From: Methanobacteriota archaeon
Lineage (GTDB): Archaea > Thermoplasmatota > Thermoplasmata > RBG-16-68-12
Assembly (NCBI GenBank): GCA_020029475.1
Contig: JAIBJG010000005.1
Span: 13,169 to 77,168 of the forward strand
Direction of reading: 5' to 3'
DNA length: 64,000 nt
Shown: positions 11,936 through 22,691 of the stretch, in pieces
How the letters are laid out: every line of letters starts with the position of its first letter
Position numbering within the stretch: the first letter of the stretch is position 1
Made by a program: the position numbers and the translations under genes
The notes under the pieces: generated by a model
Databases searched by the model: none
What the model was told of the DNA's origin: nothing
The model's input: only the letters and a program-made list of their open reading frames with translations

Positions 11936-14314
11936 ATGCGGGGAGTGGGGGTCCAGGTTGCCGCCGCGCTTTCGATTGCACTGTTCGTCCTCATCCTCGC
12001 GGCGCCGGTTCAAGCGGCGGGCCCCGCAGATCCCGCTCCGCGTCCGGTGCCCACGCAGGATCCCGGACCGACGCCCGCCGCGTTCGTCCCCTTCGCCCCG
12101 AACGTCCGCGTGAACACTGTGAACTGGGGGTTCAATTGGCAGGTCGAGCCCACGATGGCCGTGAGCCCGCAGGGCCGCATCTTCGTCGGGTGGAAGGAGG
12201 CCCTCACCCACAACGGGGGCGGGCAGCGGGTCGGGTTCGCGACCTCCGCGGACCGGGGGGAGTCGTTCTCCCCGAACATCCTGATGCCCCTCGCGCAGCT
12301 CTCCCTCCAGTCCGACCCGTGGCTCACGGTCACGCAGACGGGGCGCGCGTACTTCACGCGGATCGAGTACACGAACACGGCGTCCTCCGGCGGGATCTCC
12401 GTCACGAACACGACGGACGGGGCCGCGTGGGGGACGACGTACTTCTACGATGACAGCCCGAACTTCGCGGACAAGGAGAGCGCCGCGCACGACGCGGCGG
12501 GGAACCTGTACTGGGTCTGGAACTCGGACGGAGCGACCCGCCAGGACCTCGCGTTCACGCGGACGAACGACGGCGGGGCGAGCTGGACCCCGAAGCGCCT
12601 CGTCGCGGACGGCGGGGGGAGCCTGGGCGGGATCGTGAAGGTCGCCCCGGGCGGCACCGTCCTCGCGACCTGGTGGTCGTACCTCTCGGACGACATCCTC
12701 TTCGACCGTTCGTTCGACGGCGGGGCGACGTGGGGCGGGGACGTCCGTCTGAACACGGTCCCGGGGTCCGCCCGGGCGTTCGGGTCGTGGCAGATCCCGA
12801 TCCCCGCGATGGACGTCGACCTCGCCTCCGGCGCGATCTACGTCGCATGGCCGGACGCCCGCCGCGGGAACCAGGACATCTACCTGACCCGCTCCACGGA
12901 CGGGGGCGCGACGTGGACGGAGACCCGGGTCGACGACGAGATCGGCACCGCGACCCAGTATATGGTGGACCTCGCCGTGGACCCGTTCGGGGGCGTCCAC
13001 GCGGCGTGGGAGGACGCCCGCAGCGGGAACTGGGCGATCATGTACACGAACTCGACGGACGGCGGCCGGACGTGGGGCCCGGAGCTCGCCGTCTCCACCG
13101 CGCCCACCCCGTCCACGTACGACCGCCCCGGCGACTACTTCGCAATCGAGTCCGGCCCGGACGGAACGATCTACGTCGTGTGGACGGACGGCCGCGGGGT
13201 GGACTTCGACATCTACTTCGCGAAGCTCGAGCGGACGTTCCCCTTCGTCGTGGACACGCTCCCCTCCGGGCTGAACGTCGTCGTCGACGGCCAGATGTCC
13301 GCAGCGCCCGCGACGTTCTCCTGGCGTCCCGGCGGCGTCCACACCGTCTCCGCCCCGGGGCCGCAAACTTCCGGGCCGCAGTCCCGCCGGGTCTTCGCCT
13401 CCTGGAGTGACGGCGGGGGCGAGACCCACGACGTGGTCGCCGGGGAGGCCCCCGGCGGGCTGACCGCGACGTTCACCACGGAGCACGAGGTCACGGTCCG
13501 GACCTCGCCGATCCCCCTGAGCCTCACCGTGGACGCGAGTCCGCTCGTCGGTTCCGTGACCGCGTGGTGGCCCGAGGGCAGCACGCACACCCTGGCCGCG
13601 GTGACGCCGCAGCCCGGGGCCATGGGGGTCCGCTACGTCTTCGTCTCCTGGAACGACGGTGGGGCCGCAACCCACCCCGTCACGCCGACCGGACCTGCGA
13701 CGTTCGACGCATTGTTCCGGCCGCAGTTCCTCCTCACCGTCGTCTCCGACCACGGGTCGCCCACGGGGGACGGATGGTACGACGCGTCCGCGGTCGCCAC
13801 GTTCGGCGTGCCCGAGAACGTGTCCGGCGCTCCGGGGACGCGGTACGTGTTCCGCGGGTGGTCCGGGGACTCCACGGACTCGGGGGCGGAGTCGGCCCTC
13901 TCCATGGACGGTCCGCGGACCGTGACCGCGACGTGGCGGACGGAGCACCTCCTCACCGTCGTCACGCCCTTCGGGACCGCGGAGGGCGGCGGGTGGTACA
14001 CGGAAGGCGGGGTGGCGACCGCGTCCGTCCAGGACACGTTAATCGTGAACGGCACGACGTACCGCTTCTCCGGATGGACAGGGGATTCGACGGACTTCTC
14101 GAGCGTGGTCCTCGTCCCGATGGACGGCCCGAAGAACCTCATCGCGACGTGGACCGTCGTCCCGCAGGGGCCGCCCGCCTCCGCCTTCGACGTCCTCCCG
14201 TGGATCGTCCTCCTGATCCTGATCGCGGTCGTGGGATTCCTGATCTTCTTCGTGCTCGGGCGCCGCAGGAGGAAGGAGGACGAGGAGGCCCGCCGGCCCC
14301 CGCCCTCCGCGTAG
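11936..14314 (+). CDS. secreted BNR/Asp-box (sialidase-like) repeat protein with four InlB-B/List_Bact-type repeats and a C-terminal TM anchor
   Basis: Signal peptide MRGVGVQVAAALSIALFVLILAAPVQAAG. Multiple S/TxDGGxTW Asp-boxes (SADRGESF, TNDGGASW, SFDGGATW, STDGGATW, STDGGRTW). Four ~70-aa repeats with (F/V)xSW(S/N/T)(D/G)... (VFASWSDGGGETHDV, VFVSWNDGGAATHPV, VFRGWSGDSTDSGAE, RFSGWTGDSTDFSSV). C-terminus: WIVLLILIAVVGFLIFFVLGRRRRKEDEE. Confidence 0.8.
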   Translation: MRGVGVQVAAALSIALFVLILAAPVQAAGPADPAPRPVPTQDPGPTPAAFVPFAPNVRVNTVNWGFNWQVEPTMAVSPQGRIFVGWKEALTHNGGGQRVGFATSADRGESFSPNILMPLAQLSLQSDPWLTVTQTGRAYFTRIEYTNTASSGGISVTNTTDGAAWGTTYFYDDSPNFADKESAAHDAAGNLYWVWNSDGATRQDLAFTRTNDGGASWTPKRLVADGGGSLGGIVKVAPGGTVLATWWSYLSDDILFDRSFDGGATWGGDVRLNTVPGSARAFGSWQIPIPAMDVDLASGAIYVAWPDARRGNQDIYLTRSTDGGATWTETRVDDEIGTATQYMVDLAVDPFGGVHAAWEDARSGNWAIMYTNSTDGGRTWGPELAVSTAPTPSTYDRPGDYFAIESGPDGTIYVVWTDGRGVDFDIYFAKLERTFPFVVDTLPSGLNVVVDGQMSAAPATFSWRPGGVHTVSAPGPQTSGPQSRRVFASWSDGGGETHDVVAGEAPGGLTATFTTEHEVTVRTSPIPLSLTVDASPLVGSVTAWWPEGSTHTLAAVTPQPGAMGVRYVFVSWNDGGAATHPVTPTGPATFDALFRPQFLLTVVSDHGSPTGDGWYDASAVATFGVPENVSGAPGTRYVFRGWSGDSTDSGAESALSMDGPRTVTATWRTEHLLTVVTPFGTAEGGGWYTEGGVATASVQDTLIVNGTTYRFSGWTGDSTDFSSVVLVPMDGPKNLIATWTVVPQGPPASAFDVLPWIVLLILIAVVGFLIFFVLGRRRRKEDEEARRPPPSA

Positions 14315-14363
14315 TCCCGCCGCGTTCATATAGGGAGGAACGGGTTCCGCATCGGGAGAGGCC

Positions 14364-15035
14364 GTGCGCACCCCCGTGATCCTCCTGAACTTCAAGGCGT
14401 ACCCGGAGGCGATGGGCCCGAAGGCGGTCGCCCTCGCGAAGGTCGCCGTGGAGGTCTCGGACCGGATGGGCGCCTCGATCGTCGTCGCGCCCGCCGCGAC
14501 GGACATCGCCCGGGTCGCGCACGAGGTCCGGATCCCCGTCTTCGCGCAGCACGTGGATGCGGTCGAGGCGGGGGCCCGCACGGGCTGGGTGCCCCCGGAG
14601 GCCGCGACCGCGGCGGGGGCCGCGGGCACGCTCCTGAACCACTCCGAGCGGAAGGTCCCGCGGAAGGACCTCGAGGACCTCATCCCGAGGTGCTCCGCCC
14701 TCGGCCTCGAGGTCGTGGCGTGCGCGGGCAATCTCCGGGAGGCGGAGTCGATCGCGGGGCTCTCCCCGGAGTTCATCGCAATCGAGCCCCCGGAGCTCAT
14801 CGGCGGGGGCGTCAGCGTGACGAAGGCGAAGCCGGAGATCGTGTCGGGCGCCGTGGAGCGGATCCACCGAGCGAATCCGAAGGTGGACGTCCTCTGCGGG
14901 GCGGGGGTGAAGACGGGGCGGGACGTCTCGCGGGCGATCGAGCTCGGGGCCGTCGGCGTGCTCCTCGCGACGGGGGTCGTGAAGGCGAAGGACCCGAGGA
15001 AGGCGCTGACGGATCTCGCCAAGGGACTTCGCTAG
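14364..15035 (+). CDS. tpiA: triosephosphate isomerase (archaeal short type)
   Basis: 223 aa, (M)RTPVILLNFKAY...NHSERK...IAIEPPELIGGG. GTG start. Confidence 0.9.
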   Translation: MRTPVILLNFKAYPEAMGPKAVALAKVAVEVSDRMGASIVVAPAATDIARVAHEVRIPVFAQHVDAVEAGARTGWVPPEAATAAGAAGTLLNHSERKVPRKDLEDLIPRCSALGLEVVACAGNLREAESIAGLSPEFIAIEPPELIGGGVSVTKAKPEIVSGAVERIHRANPKVDVLCGAGVKTGRDVSRAIELGAVGVLLATGVVKAKDPRKALTDLAKGLR

Positions 15036-15111
15036 CCGTTCCGCCCCGTTACGTACCTGTAGCACCACCCCGGAAATACCGCGGGACTCCTCCATCGTCC
15101 CGAGGGCTACG

Positions 15112-17082
15112 ATGAGGGCGGTGGTGGCGGCGGTCGCGATCCTCGCGATCCTCACCCTCCCCCACGGCCTCGAGGCCTTCCTCCCGGGGGACGCCGGTCC
15201 GGCGCATGCGCCCTCCCCTGCCGGGCCCGCCCCGCCCTCCCCTCATCTTTTTCCCGCCCGCATGGCGGGAGAACGGACCCGCGGACCGGGCCCGCACCCG
15301 TTGATCGCCGAGGTCTTCTACGACGCCGTGCGGGACGACGAGTACGTCGTCGTCGCGAACCCCGCCTCGACGGCCGTGGACCTCTCCGGGTGGCGGTTGA
15401 CGGACCGGGAGGGGACGATCGAATTCCCCGCCATGGCGATCCTCGCAGGGGGGGCCCGCGCGGTCGTCGCCCGAAACGCGACCTCGTACGCCGAGGACAC
15501 CCTCGACGAGGCGGAGTACACGTACGGCGCCGGGGACGTCAGGGGCATGACCGTCGTCGGGCGGATCCCGCAACTGAACAACGACGGGGACGAAGTGCTG
15601 CTCCTCGATCCCACGGGGGCGGTGATCGACGCGTTCGTGTACGGCTCGTCCCCGTATTCCGAGGACGGATGGGGCGGGACGGCCGCCGGGAGGGTCCCGA
15701 AGGGGAAGCGCGGGGTCCGTGCCTCCAGCGGGGGCGGGTTCGTCGACACGGACACCGCCACGGACTGGGACTCCCTCCGGAGCTACGGCCTCGGCCAGTC
15801 CGAGCTCCCGTTCCGGCGATTCGAAATCGATGGGACCGCCTCGGGGTTCCTGTCCCCGGATGAGTCCCTGCCGGCGCTGCAGGCGCTCCTGGACCGTGCG
15901 ACGTCGTCGATCCACGCGAGCCTCTACACGCTCACGAACCCGATGCTCGGGGAATCCTTGCGGGGTGCAGCGGTGCGGGGCCTCGACGTGAGACTTCTCC
16001 TTGAGGGGGGCCCCGTCGGCGGGATCGACGAACGGGAGTGGGAGCTCGCTTCGCGCATCACTACCGCGGGCGGGTCCGTGCGGTTCCTGGTGGACGACGT
16101 CGACCGCGGCACCTTCGCCCGCTATCGCTTCCTCCATGCCAAGTACGCGGTGATCGACGCCCGGACCGTCGTGGCGGGCTCGGAGAACTGGGGGGAGCAC
16201 GGATACCCTTCCGCGGGCCGCACCGGGAACCGGGGCTGGCAGCTCGCGATCGACGACCTGGACCTCGCGGCGTATTTCGAGGACCTCTTCCGGCAGGATT
16301 TCGATCCCCGAAGGCGGGATTCGGTCCCCCTGTCTGAATTCTCGCCGAACCTCTACGTGAGCAACGACACGGCATCGAACGAGACGTACCGGTTCCCGAT
16401 TCCGTCCTCCCACCATTCCGGCCGCTTCGCCGTGACCCCGGTGGTCGCCCCGGACCACGCGTTGCGGGGTGACGCCCTCCTCGGCCTCCTGGCGTCCGCG
16501 ACGGAGACCCTCGAGGTCGAGGCGTTCTACGTCTCGAAGACTTGGGGCATGGGGCCGGACCTCTATCTGGAGGCGGCGATCGAGGCCGCCCGCCACGGGG
16601 TCCGGGTCCGCATCCTCCTGGACGGGACATGGTACAACGTTGAGGGAGACGACCCCGTCGACAACGACGACACCGTCGCATACGTGAACGGGATCGCACG
16701 CCGGGAGGGGCTGCCCCTGGAAGCGAAAGTCATCGACGCGGACTCCCGCGGCCTCTCGAAGGTCCACAACAAGGGCGTCCTCGTGGACGGCCGCGTCGCG
16801 TTCGTGTCGAGCCTGAACTGGAACCGGAACGCCGTGACGAACAACCGGGAGGTCGGCCTGATTGTCGAGGGCGGGGAGATCGTGGAACCGTTCCGCGCCG
16901 CGTTCGAGCACGACTGGTCGGAGGGCGGGAGGCCGGGCTTCGACCCCGCGGAGGTCCTCGGGAATCCGCTCCTCCTCCCGCTCCTCACGCTCCTCGTCGT
17001 GAACGTCGCGCTCCTCGCGGCGTGGCGGCGGGGACGGAGACGCAGCGGGAAAGGGTTAAGCGAGGAGGAGCCTACTCCGTGA
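15112..17082 (+). CDS. secreted lamin-tail-domain (LTD) protein with two PLD/HKD phosphodiesterase domains and a C-terminal TM anchor (PLD-superfamily nuclease/phospholipase-like)
   Basis: Signal peptide; LTD LIAEVFYDA...EYVVVANPASTAVDLSGWRLTD...DEVLLLDPTGAVIDAFVYG; HKD motifs FLHAKYAVIDARTVVAGSENW and VHNKGVLVDGRVAFVSSLNW. C-terminus: LLLPLLTLLVVNVALLAAWRRGRRR. Confidence 0.8.
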   Translation: MRAVVAAVAILAILTLPHGLEAFLPGDAGPAHAPSPAGPAPPSPHLFPARMAGERTRGPGPHPLIAEVFYDAVRDDEYVVVANPASTAVDLSGWRLTDREGTIEFPAMAILAGGARAVVARNATSYAEDTLDEAEYTYGAGDVRGMTVVGRIPQLNNDGDEVLLLDPTGAVIDAFVYGSSPYSEDGWGGTAAGRVPKGKRGVRASSGGGFVDTDTATDWDSLRSYGLGQSELPFRRFEIDGTASGFLSPDESLPALQALLDRATSSIHASLYTLTNPMLGESLRGAAVRGLDVRLLLEGGPVGGIDEREWELASRITTAGGSVRFLVDDVDRGTFARYRFLHAKYAVIDARTVVAGSENWGEHGYPSAGRTGNRGWQLAIDDLDLAAYFEDLFRQDFDPRRRDSVPLSEFSPNLYVSNDTASNETYRFPIPSSHHSGRFAVTPVVAPDHALRGDALLGLLASATETLEVEAFYVSKTWGMGPDLYLEAAIEAARHGVRVRILLDGTWYNVEGDDPVDNDDTVAYVNGIARREGLPLEAKVIDADSRGLSKVHNKGVLVDGRVAFVSSLNWNRNAVTNNREVGLIVEGGEIVEPFRAAFEHDWSEGGRPGFDPAEVLGNPLLLPLLTLLVVNVALLAAWRRGRRRSGKGLSEEEPTP

Positions 17083-17083
17083 T

Positions 17084-18091
17084 GTGGCGTCCGGTGGCGC
17101 GCCCACGATTTCCGCGGGGGACCTCGAGAAGTACGGGTACTGCCCCCTGAACTGGTGGCGGAGCCTCGGGACCGCGGACGGGCTGGGGCCCGAGACAATC
17201 GAGGGGGAGCGGCGGCACGAGGAGGTCGCCGCGGAGCTGAAGGGGATCGAGGTCCACGAGATCCGCGCGAAGGAGTCCGAGCGGATGGTGATGTACTTCG
17301 CGATCGCCGCGTCCATCGTCGCGGTCCTCGGGATGGCGTTCTTCACCCCCGCTCCCGAGCAGATCATCCAGATCCTGATCATCATCTCCCTGATCTGGAT
17401 CCTTGCTGCGGTCTTCTTCCTGTACCGCGCGGAGACCCTCGTCACCCGGGATGAGAAACTGTACGCGGAGCGGACGATCCTCGTGTTCTCGATGGTCGCC
17501 GCGATCATCGCGAGCGTCGCGGTCTCGTTCGAGGCCACGGACCGGGCCATTGCCCAGGCGACCGTCGGCGCGGCCCTCGGGTGGCTCGTCGGGGCCTCAT
17601 GGTTCCTCGTCCGCTCCCTGAAGAGCCTCGAGATCGCCCGGATCGCGCGGGCGAAGCATGGGATCGGGACCGCGGCGGTCCCGTACGTGGACTCGGAGGC
17701 GGAGAAGCCGAAGCTGTTCACGTCGAAGCGGCACGGGCTCACGGGCCGCCCGGACGCGGTCCTCCTGGCGGGGGACGTCCACGTCCCCGTCGAGGTGAAG
17801 ACGGGCCGCACCCCCCGCGGGCCGCTGTTCTCCCACATCCTCCAGCTCGCCGCGTACTGCCTCCTCGTCGAGGAGGAGTTCGGGAAGCCCCCGCCGTACG
17901 GCGTGATCCGGTACGAGGGGGCCTCCCACGAGATCGAGTACAACGAGGACCTGCGGAAGATGGTCCTCGGGAAGATGGACGAGATGCGGTCCGCTCTGGC
18001 CCGCGGGGGCGGGGTCCACCGGAACCACAACCGCCCCGGGAAGTGCATCGGGTGCAGCCGCCGGGAGGGCTGCCCGGAGCGGCTCGGCTAG
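17084..18091 (+). CDS. Cas4-family (DUF83, RecB-like PD-(D/E)xK, 4Fe-4S) nuclease with a four-helix transmembrane insertion
   Basis: N-terminus ISAGDLEKYGYCPLNWW (Cas4 YCPR-W motif). C-terminal core GRPDAVLL...VPVEVKTG...ILQLAAYCLL...GVIRY...CIGCSRREGC matches motif II/III/QxxxY plus the C-x2-C-x5-C cluster. Residues ~65-180 form four hydrophobic helices (MVMYFAIAASIVAVLGMAFF, IIQILIIISLIWILAAVFFLY, ILVFSMVAAIIASVAVSF, VGAALGWLVGASWFLV). GTG start lies 1 nt after the PLD stop. Confidence 0.7.
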   Translation: MASGGAPTISAGDLEKYGYCPLNWWRSLGTADGLGPETIEGERRHEEVAAELKGIEVHEIRAKESERMVMYFAIAASIVAVLGMAFFTPAPEQIIQILIIISLIWILAAVFFLYRAETLVTRDEKLYAERTILVFSMVAAIIASVAVSFEATDRAIAQATVGAALGWLVGASWFLVRSLKSLEIARIARAKHGIGTAAVPYVDSEAEKPKLFTSKRHGLTGRPDAVLLAGDVHVPVEVKTGRTPRGPLFSHILQLAAYCLLVEEEFGKPPPYGVIRYEGASHEIEYNEDLRKMVLGKMDEMRSALARGGGVHRNHNRPGKCIGCSRREGCPERLG

Positions 18092-18423
18092 CGGCGGGCG
18101 GGCGGATCGCCGGGTCCCGTCACCGCCTTCGAGATCGTCTCGACCTTCTCCGTGAGCCGCTTCACCTCCTCCGCCATCCGGAGCATCTCCTGCTCGAACG
18201 GCGTGAAGTCCCGGGTCGACAGGATCCGGTGGGAGATGTAGATCCCGAGGAACGTCGCCCCGATGATCGCGAGGACCGCGATCACGATCAGGGCGGAGAC
18301 CATGATGAAGAAGAACGTGACGACGTCGTACGGGTTCACGACGCCGGCCACGATCGCGATCTCGATCGCCGCCAGGAGGCCGACGATAAGGAGCCAGAGC
18401 AGGGTCCACTGGCTGATCCTCAT
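18088..18423 (-). CDS. small membrane protein (2 TM) with a C-terminal coiled-coil tail
   Basis: 111 aa, MRISQWTLLWLLIVGLLAAIEIAIVAGV...FFFIMVSALIVIAVLAIIGATFLGIY...EQEMLRMAEEVKRLTEKVETISKAV. ATGA overlap with the upstream gene. Confidence 0.5.
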   Translation of the reverse strand: MRISQWTLLWLLIVGLLAAIEIAIVAGVVNPYDVVTFFFIMVSALIVIAVLAIIGATFLGIYISHRILSTRDFTPFEQEMLRMAEEVKRLTEKVETISKAVTGPGDPPARR

Positions 18424-18908
18424 CCCTCAGTCCCCCTGGGCACGAGGGCCCGGAAGTCCCCGGGGGGCCGGTTGAGCCCGGTGCGCAGGGTGCTCCGGTC
18501 CGTCATCGAGACGAAGTCCCCGACCTCGTCCACCCCCTGGAACACGGTCCCGTTCAGGGCGAACGTGGTCCCCTCGCGGTCCACGATGAGGACGTACACA
18601 TCGAACGCGTGGGTCGCGTTGCGGGAGAAGTTCAGCTGCAGGTCGTACGACTCCCGCTCAACGGCGGCGATCCGGAACGAGACGTTGTCCTGGCCCCGGA
18701 GCTCGATCGCGAGGGAGCGGTACATGTAGTGGTCCACGGCCCCGTGGAGGTCGATCACGACATCCGCGTCCGTGAGGCCGATCACGAGGGCGGGGATCGC
18801 GGAGAGGACCGTGGGGCGGCCCATCAGCCCCGGGGTCACGAGGACCAGCGCGAGGAGGGCGGGGATCACCGCGACCATCGCCCCCCGCCTCACGACCTCG
18901 AGCTGCAT
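18420..18908 (-). CDS. hypothetical membrane-anchored protein (N-terminal TM plus ~120-aa beta-rich domain)
   Basis: Start taken at MQLEVVRRGAMVAVIPALLALVLVTPGLMG; the track ORF extends upstream through R/S/P-rich low-complexity sequence that looks non-coding. Confidence 0.5.
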   Translation of the reverse strand: MQLEVVRRGAMVAVIPALLALVLVTPGLMGRPTVLSAIPALVIGLTDADVVIDLHGAVDHYMYRSLAIELRGQDNVSFRIAAVERESYDLQLNFSRNATHAFDVYVLIVDREGTTFALNGTVFQGVDEVGDFVSMTDRSTLRTGLNRPPGDFRALVPRGTEG

Positions 18909-19099
18909 CCTCGCGTCGAAACCCCCGGTTCGTAGATAAGTGTTGGCTCCACGGTAGCTCCCCGCCACCCGGAGGGAAAGAAAAGAGTGGGGCGGACTCT
19001 TCGTCCGCCCCGTTGTTGGGGGGAGGAAATCGTGACGTTCGCGGGCCGTGACCCCGACTTCCTTCAGGTCCGGTCCGAGTGCATCCGCATCCGCGTCGA

Positions 19100-19348
19100 C
19101 TAGCTCTTCATGTACTGGCGCTTGATCGCGTCGAGGTTCGCGAGGGCCTTCTCGGCTTCCTCGAGCTTCTTCAGCCGGTCGCCGACGAGTTCGACGCGCG
19201 CGTACACGAGGTCCCGGATCGCGGCCCGCACGGCCTCCGACCGGCTCGGGAAGTCGTCCATCTCCACCAGGAAATCGAGCGCCCTCAGGAACCGTTTCGG
19301 GAGCCGCAATGTGATTTTGTCCGAGTCCTCGTTCACGTGTCGAACCAT
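19100..19348 (-). CDS. ribbon-helix-helix (CopG/Arc/MetJ-like) DNA-binding protein with C-terminal coiled coil
   Basis: 82 aa; ITLRLPKRFLRALDFLVEMDDFPSRSEAVRAAIRDLV fits the beta-alpha-alpha RHH pattern; the tail LKKLEEAEKALANLDAIKRQ is coiled-coil-like. Confidence 0.6.
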   Translation of the reverse strand: MVRHVNEDSDKITLRLPKRFLRALDFLVEMDDFPSRSEAVRAAIRDLVYARVELVGDRLKKLEEAEKALANLDAIKRQYMKS

Positions 19349-19404
19349 CCCATCCGTATGCCAAGTCGGCCCATTTTGCCTTACGCTTGTCTGACGGCAT
19401 TCGG

Positions 19405-19440
19405 CCTGAAATATATAAACGTATTGGGGATATTATCGGC
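19405..19440. promoter_or_regulatory. AT-rich island (aaatatataaacgtattggggatattatcgg) in the divergent RHH/aminotransferase intergenic region; candidate BRE/TATA elements
   Basis: Only AT-rich patch in a GC-rich spacer; orientation and target gene are not resolved from sequence. Confidence 0.3.
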
Positions 19441-19548
19441 CCTGGTACCCCTCCGTTTCCACTGCAATCGGACTCCCCGCTCCCTGTACTCGCGGTCCGG
19501 CGGATCCGTGTCGAATGGGTTAAATCGGGAGGCGGGCTCCCTCGGGCG

Positions 19549-20673
19549 ATGGACGTCGAGGACACGGTCTTCCTGCTCCCGGGCCCCGTGAAGATGCACC
19601 CGCGGGTCCTCCGAGCGATGGGGATGCCCGCGATCAACCACCGGTCCGCCGCGTTCCAGGAGGTCCTCGGGGAGGTCCGGGAGCTCACAAAGTACCTGTT
19701 CCAGACCTCGGGGCGGGTCGCCGTCCTCAGCGGATCCGGGACCGCGGGGCTCGACGCCGCGGTGAGCGGCCTCCTTCGTCGCGAGGACCCCGTCCTCTGC
19801 CTCGTGAACGGGAAGTTCAGCGAACGGTTCCATGACCTGTGCAAGGTGTATGCGAAGCCCACGCCGCTCGAGTTCGAGTGGGGCCAGCCCGTGGACCCCG
19901 CCAAGGTCGCCGCGGCCCTCGAGAAGGGGGACTACAAGGCGGTCACGGTGTGCCACAACGAGACGTCCACGGGGCTCACGAACCCGGTGAAAGAGATCGC
20001 CGCGGCGGCCCGGAAGCGCGGCGCGATGATGATCGTCGACGGGATCACGAGCGTCGGCGGGATCGACGTCCGGCTCGAGTGGGGGATCGACGCCCTCGTG
20101 ATGGGCTCGCAGAAGTGCGTCGCGGCCCCGCCGGGTCTCTCCGCCGTGGCGGTGTCGGAGCGGGCGTACGCCGCCCTGCACGAGAGCTCCAGCTTCTACA
20201 CGGACCTGAAGGCGCACATCGACGGCCTCGAGGAGGACGACACCCCGTTCACGCCCGCGGTCCCGCTGTTCTTCGCCTTGCGGGAAGCCCTCCGGATGCT
20301 GAAGGAGGAGGGGCTCGAGGCGCGGATCAAGCGAACGACGAGGCTCGCGGACGCGACCCGCGCGGCCGTGGACGAGATCGACCTCGGCATGTTCCCGCGG
20401 AAGGGCTTCGAGTCGAACACCGTGAGCGCGATCCGCTACCCCGCGGGCGTGGACGACAAGAAGTTCCGGACCATCCTCGAGGAGGAGCACCGCACCGTCG
20501 TCCAGGGCGGGCAGGGACACCTCAAGGGGAAGATCTTCCGGATCGGCCACATGGGGATCGTGTCGATCGCGGACCTCGTGGCGGGGTTCGCGGGGATCGA
20601 AGCGACGCTCGCGAAGCTCGGCCACAGGTTCGACCGCGGGGCGGGTGTGGCGGCCCTCACGAGCTTCGCCTGA
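19549..20673 (+). CDS. class V aminotransferase (serine-pyruvate / alanine-glyoxylate / archaeal phosphoserine aminotransferase family)
   Basis: 375 aa, MDVEDTVFLLPGPVKMHPRVLRAM...VLSGSGTAGLDAAV...VDGITSVGG...MGSQKCVAAPPGLS (PLP-lysine region). Confidence 0.85.
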   Translation: MDVEDTVFLLPGPVKMHPRVLRAMGMPAINHRSAAFQEVLGEVRELTKYLFQTSGRVAVLSGSGTAGLDAAVSGLLRREDPVLCLVNGKFSERFHDLCKVYAKPTPLEFEWGQPVDPAKVAAALEKGDYKAVTVCHNETSTGLTNPVKEIAAAARKRGAMMIVDGITSVGGIDVRLEWGIDALVMGSQKCVAAPPGLSAVAVSERAYAALHESSSFYTDLKAHIDGLEEDDTPFTPAVPLFFALREALRMLKEEGLEARIKRTTRLADATRAAVDEIDLGMFPRKGFESNTVSAIRYPAGVDDKKFRTILEEEHRTVVQGGQGHLKGKIFRIGHMGIVSIADLVAGFAGIEATLAKLGHRFDRGAGVAALTSFA

Positions 20674-20679
20674 GCCGGG

Positions 20680-22559
<1,880 letters not shown>

Positions 22560-22691
22560 ACGCGCGGAGAATGGGACCCGCCCAAGAGGATCATGAACGA
22601 AGCGGTGGGGAGGGCGGCCCGAGCCGGCGTCTCCCCGCGCCCAACGGCTTGGCGAAGGTTCAAGTCCCGCCAGAAGTTCCGAACGCCCGCC

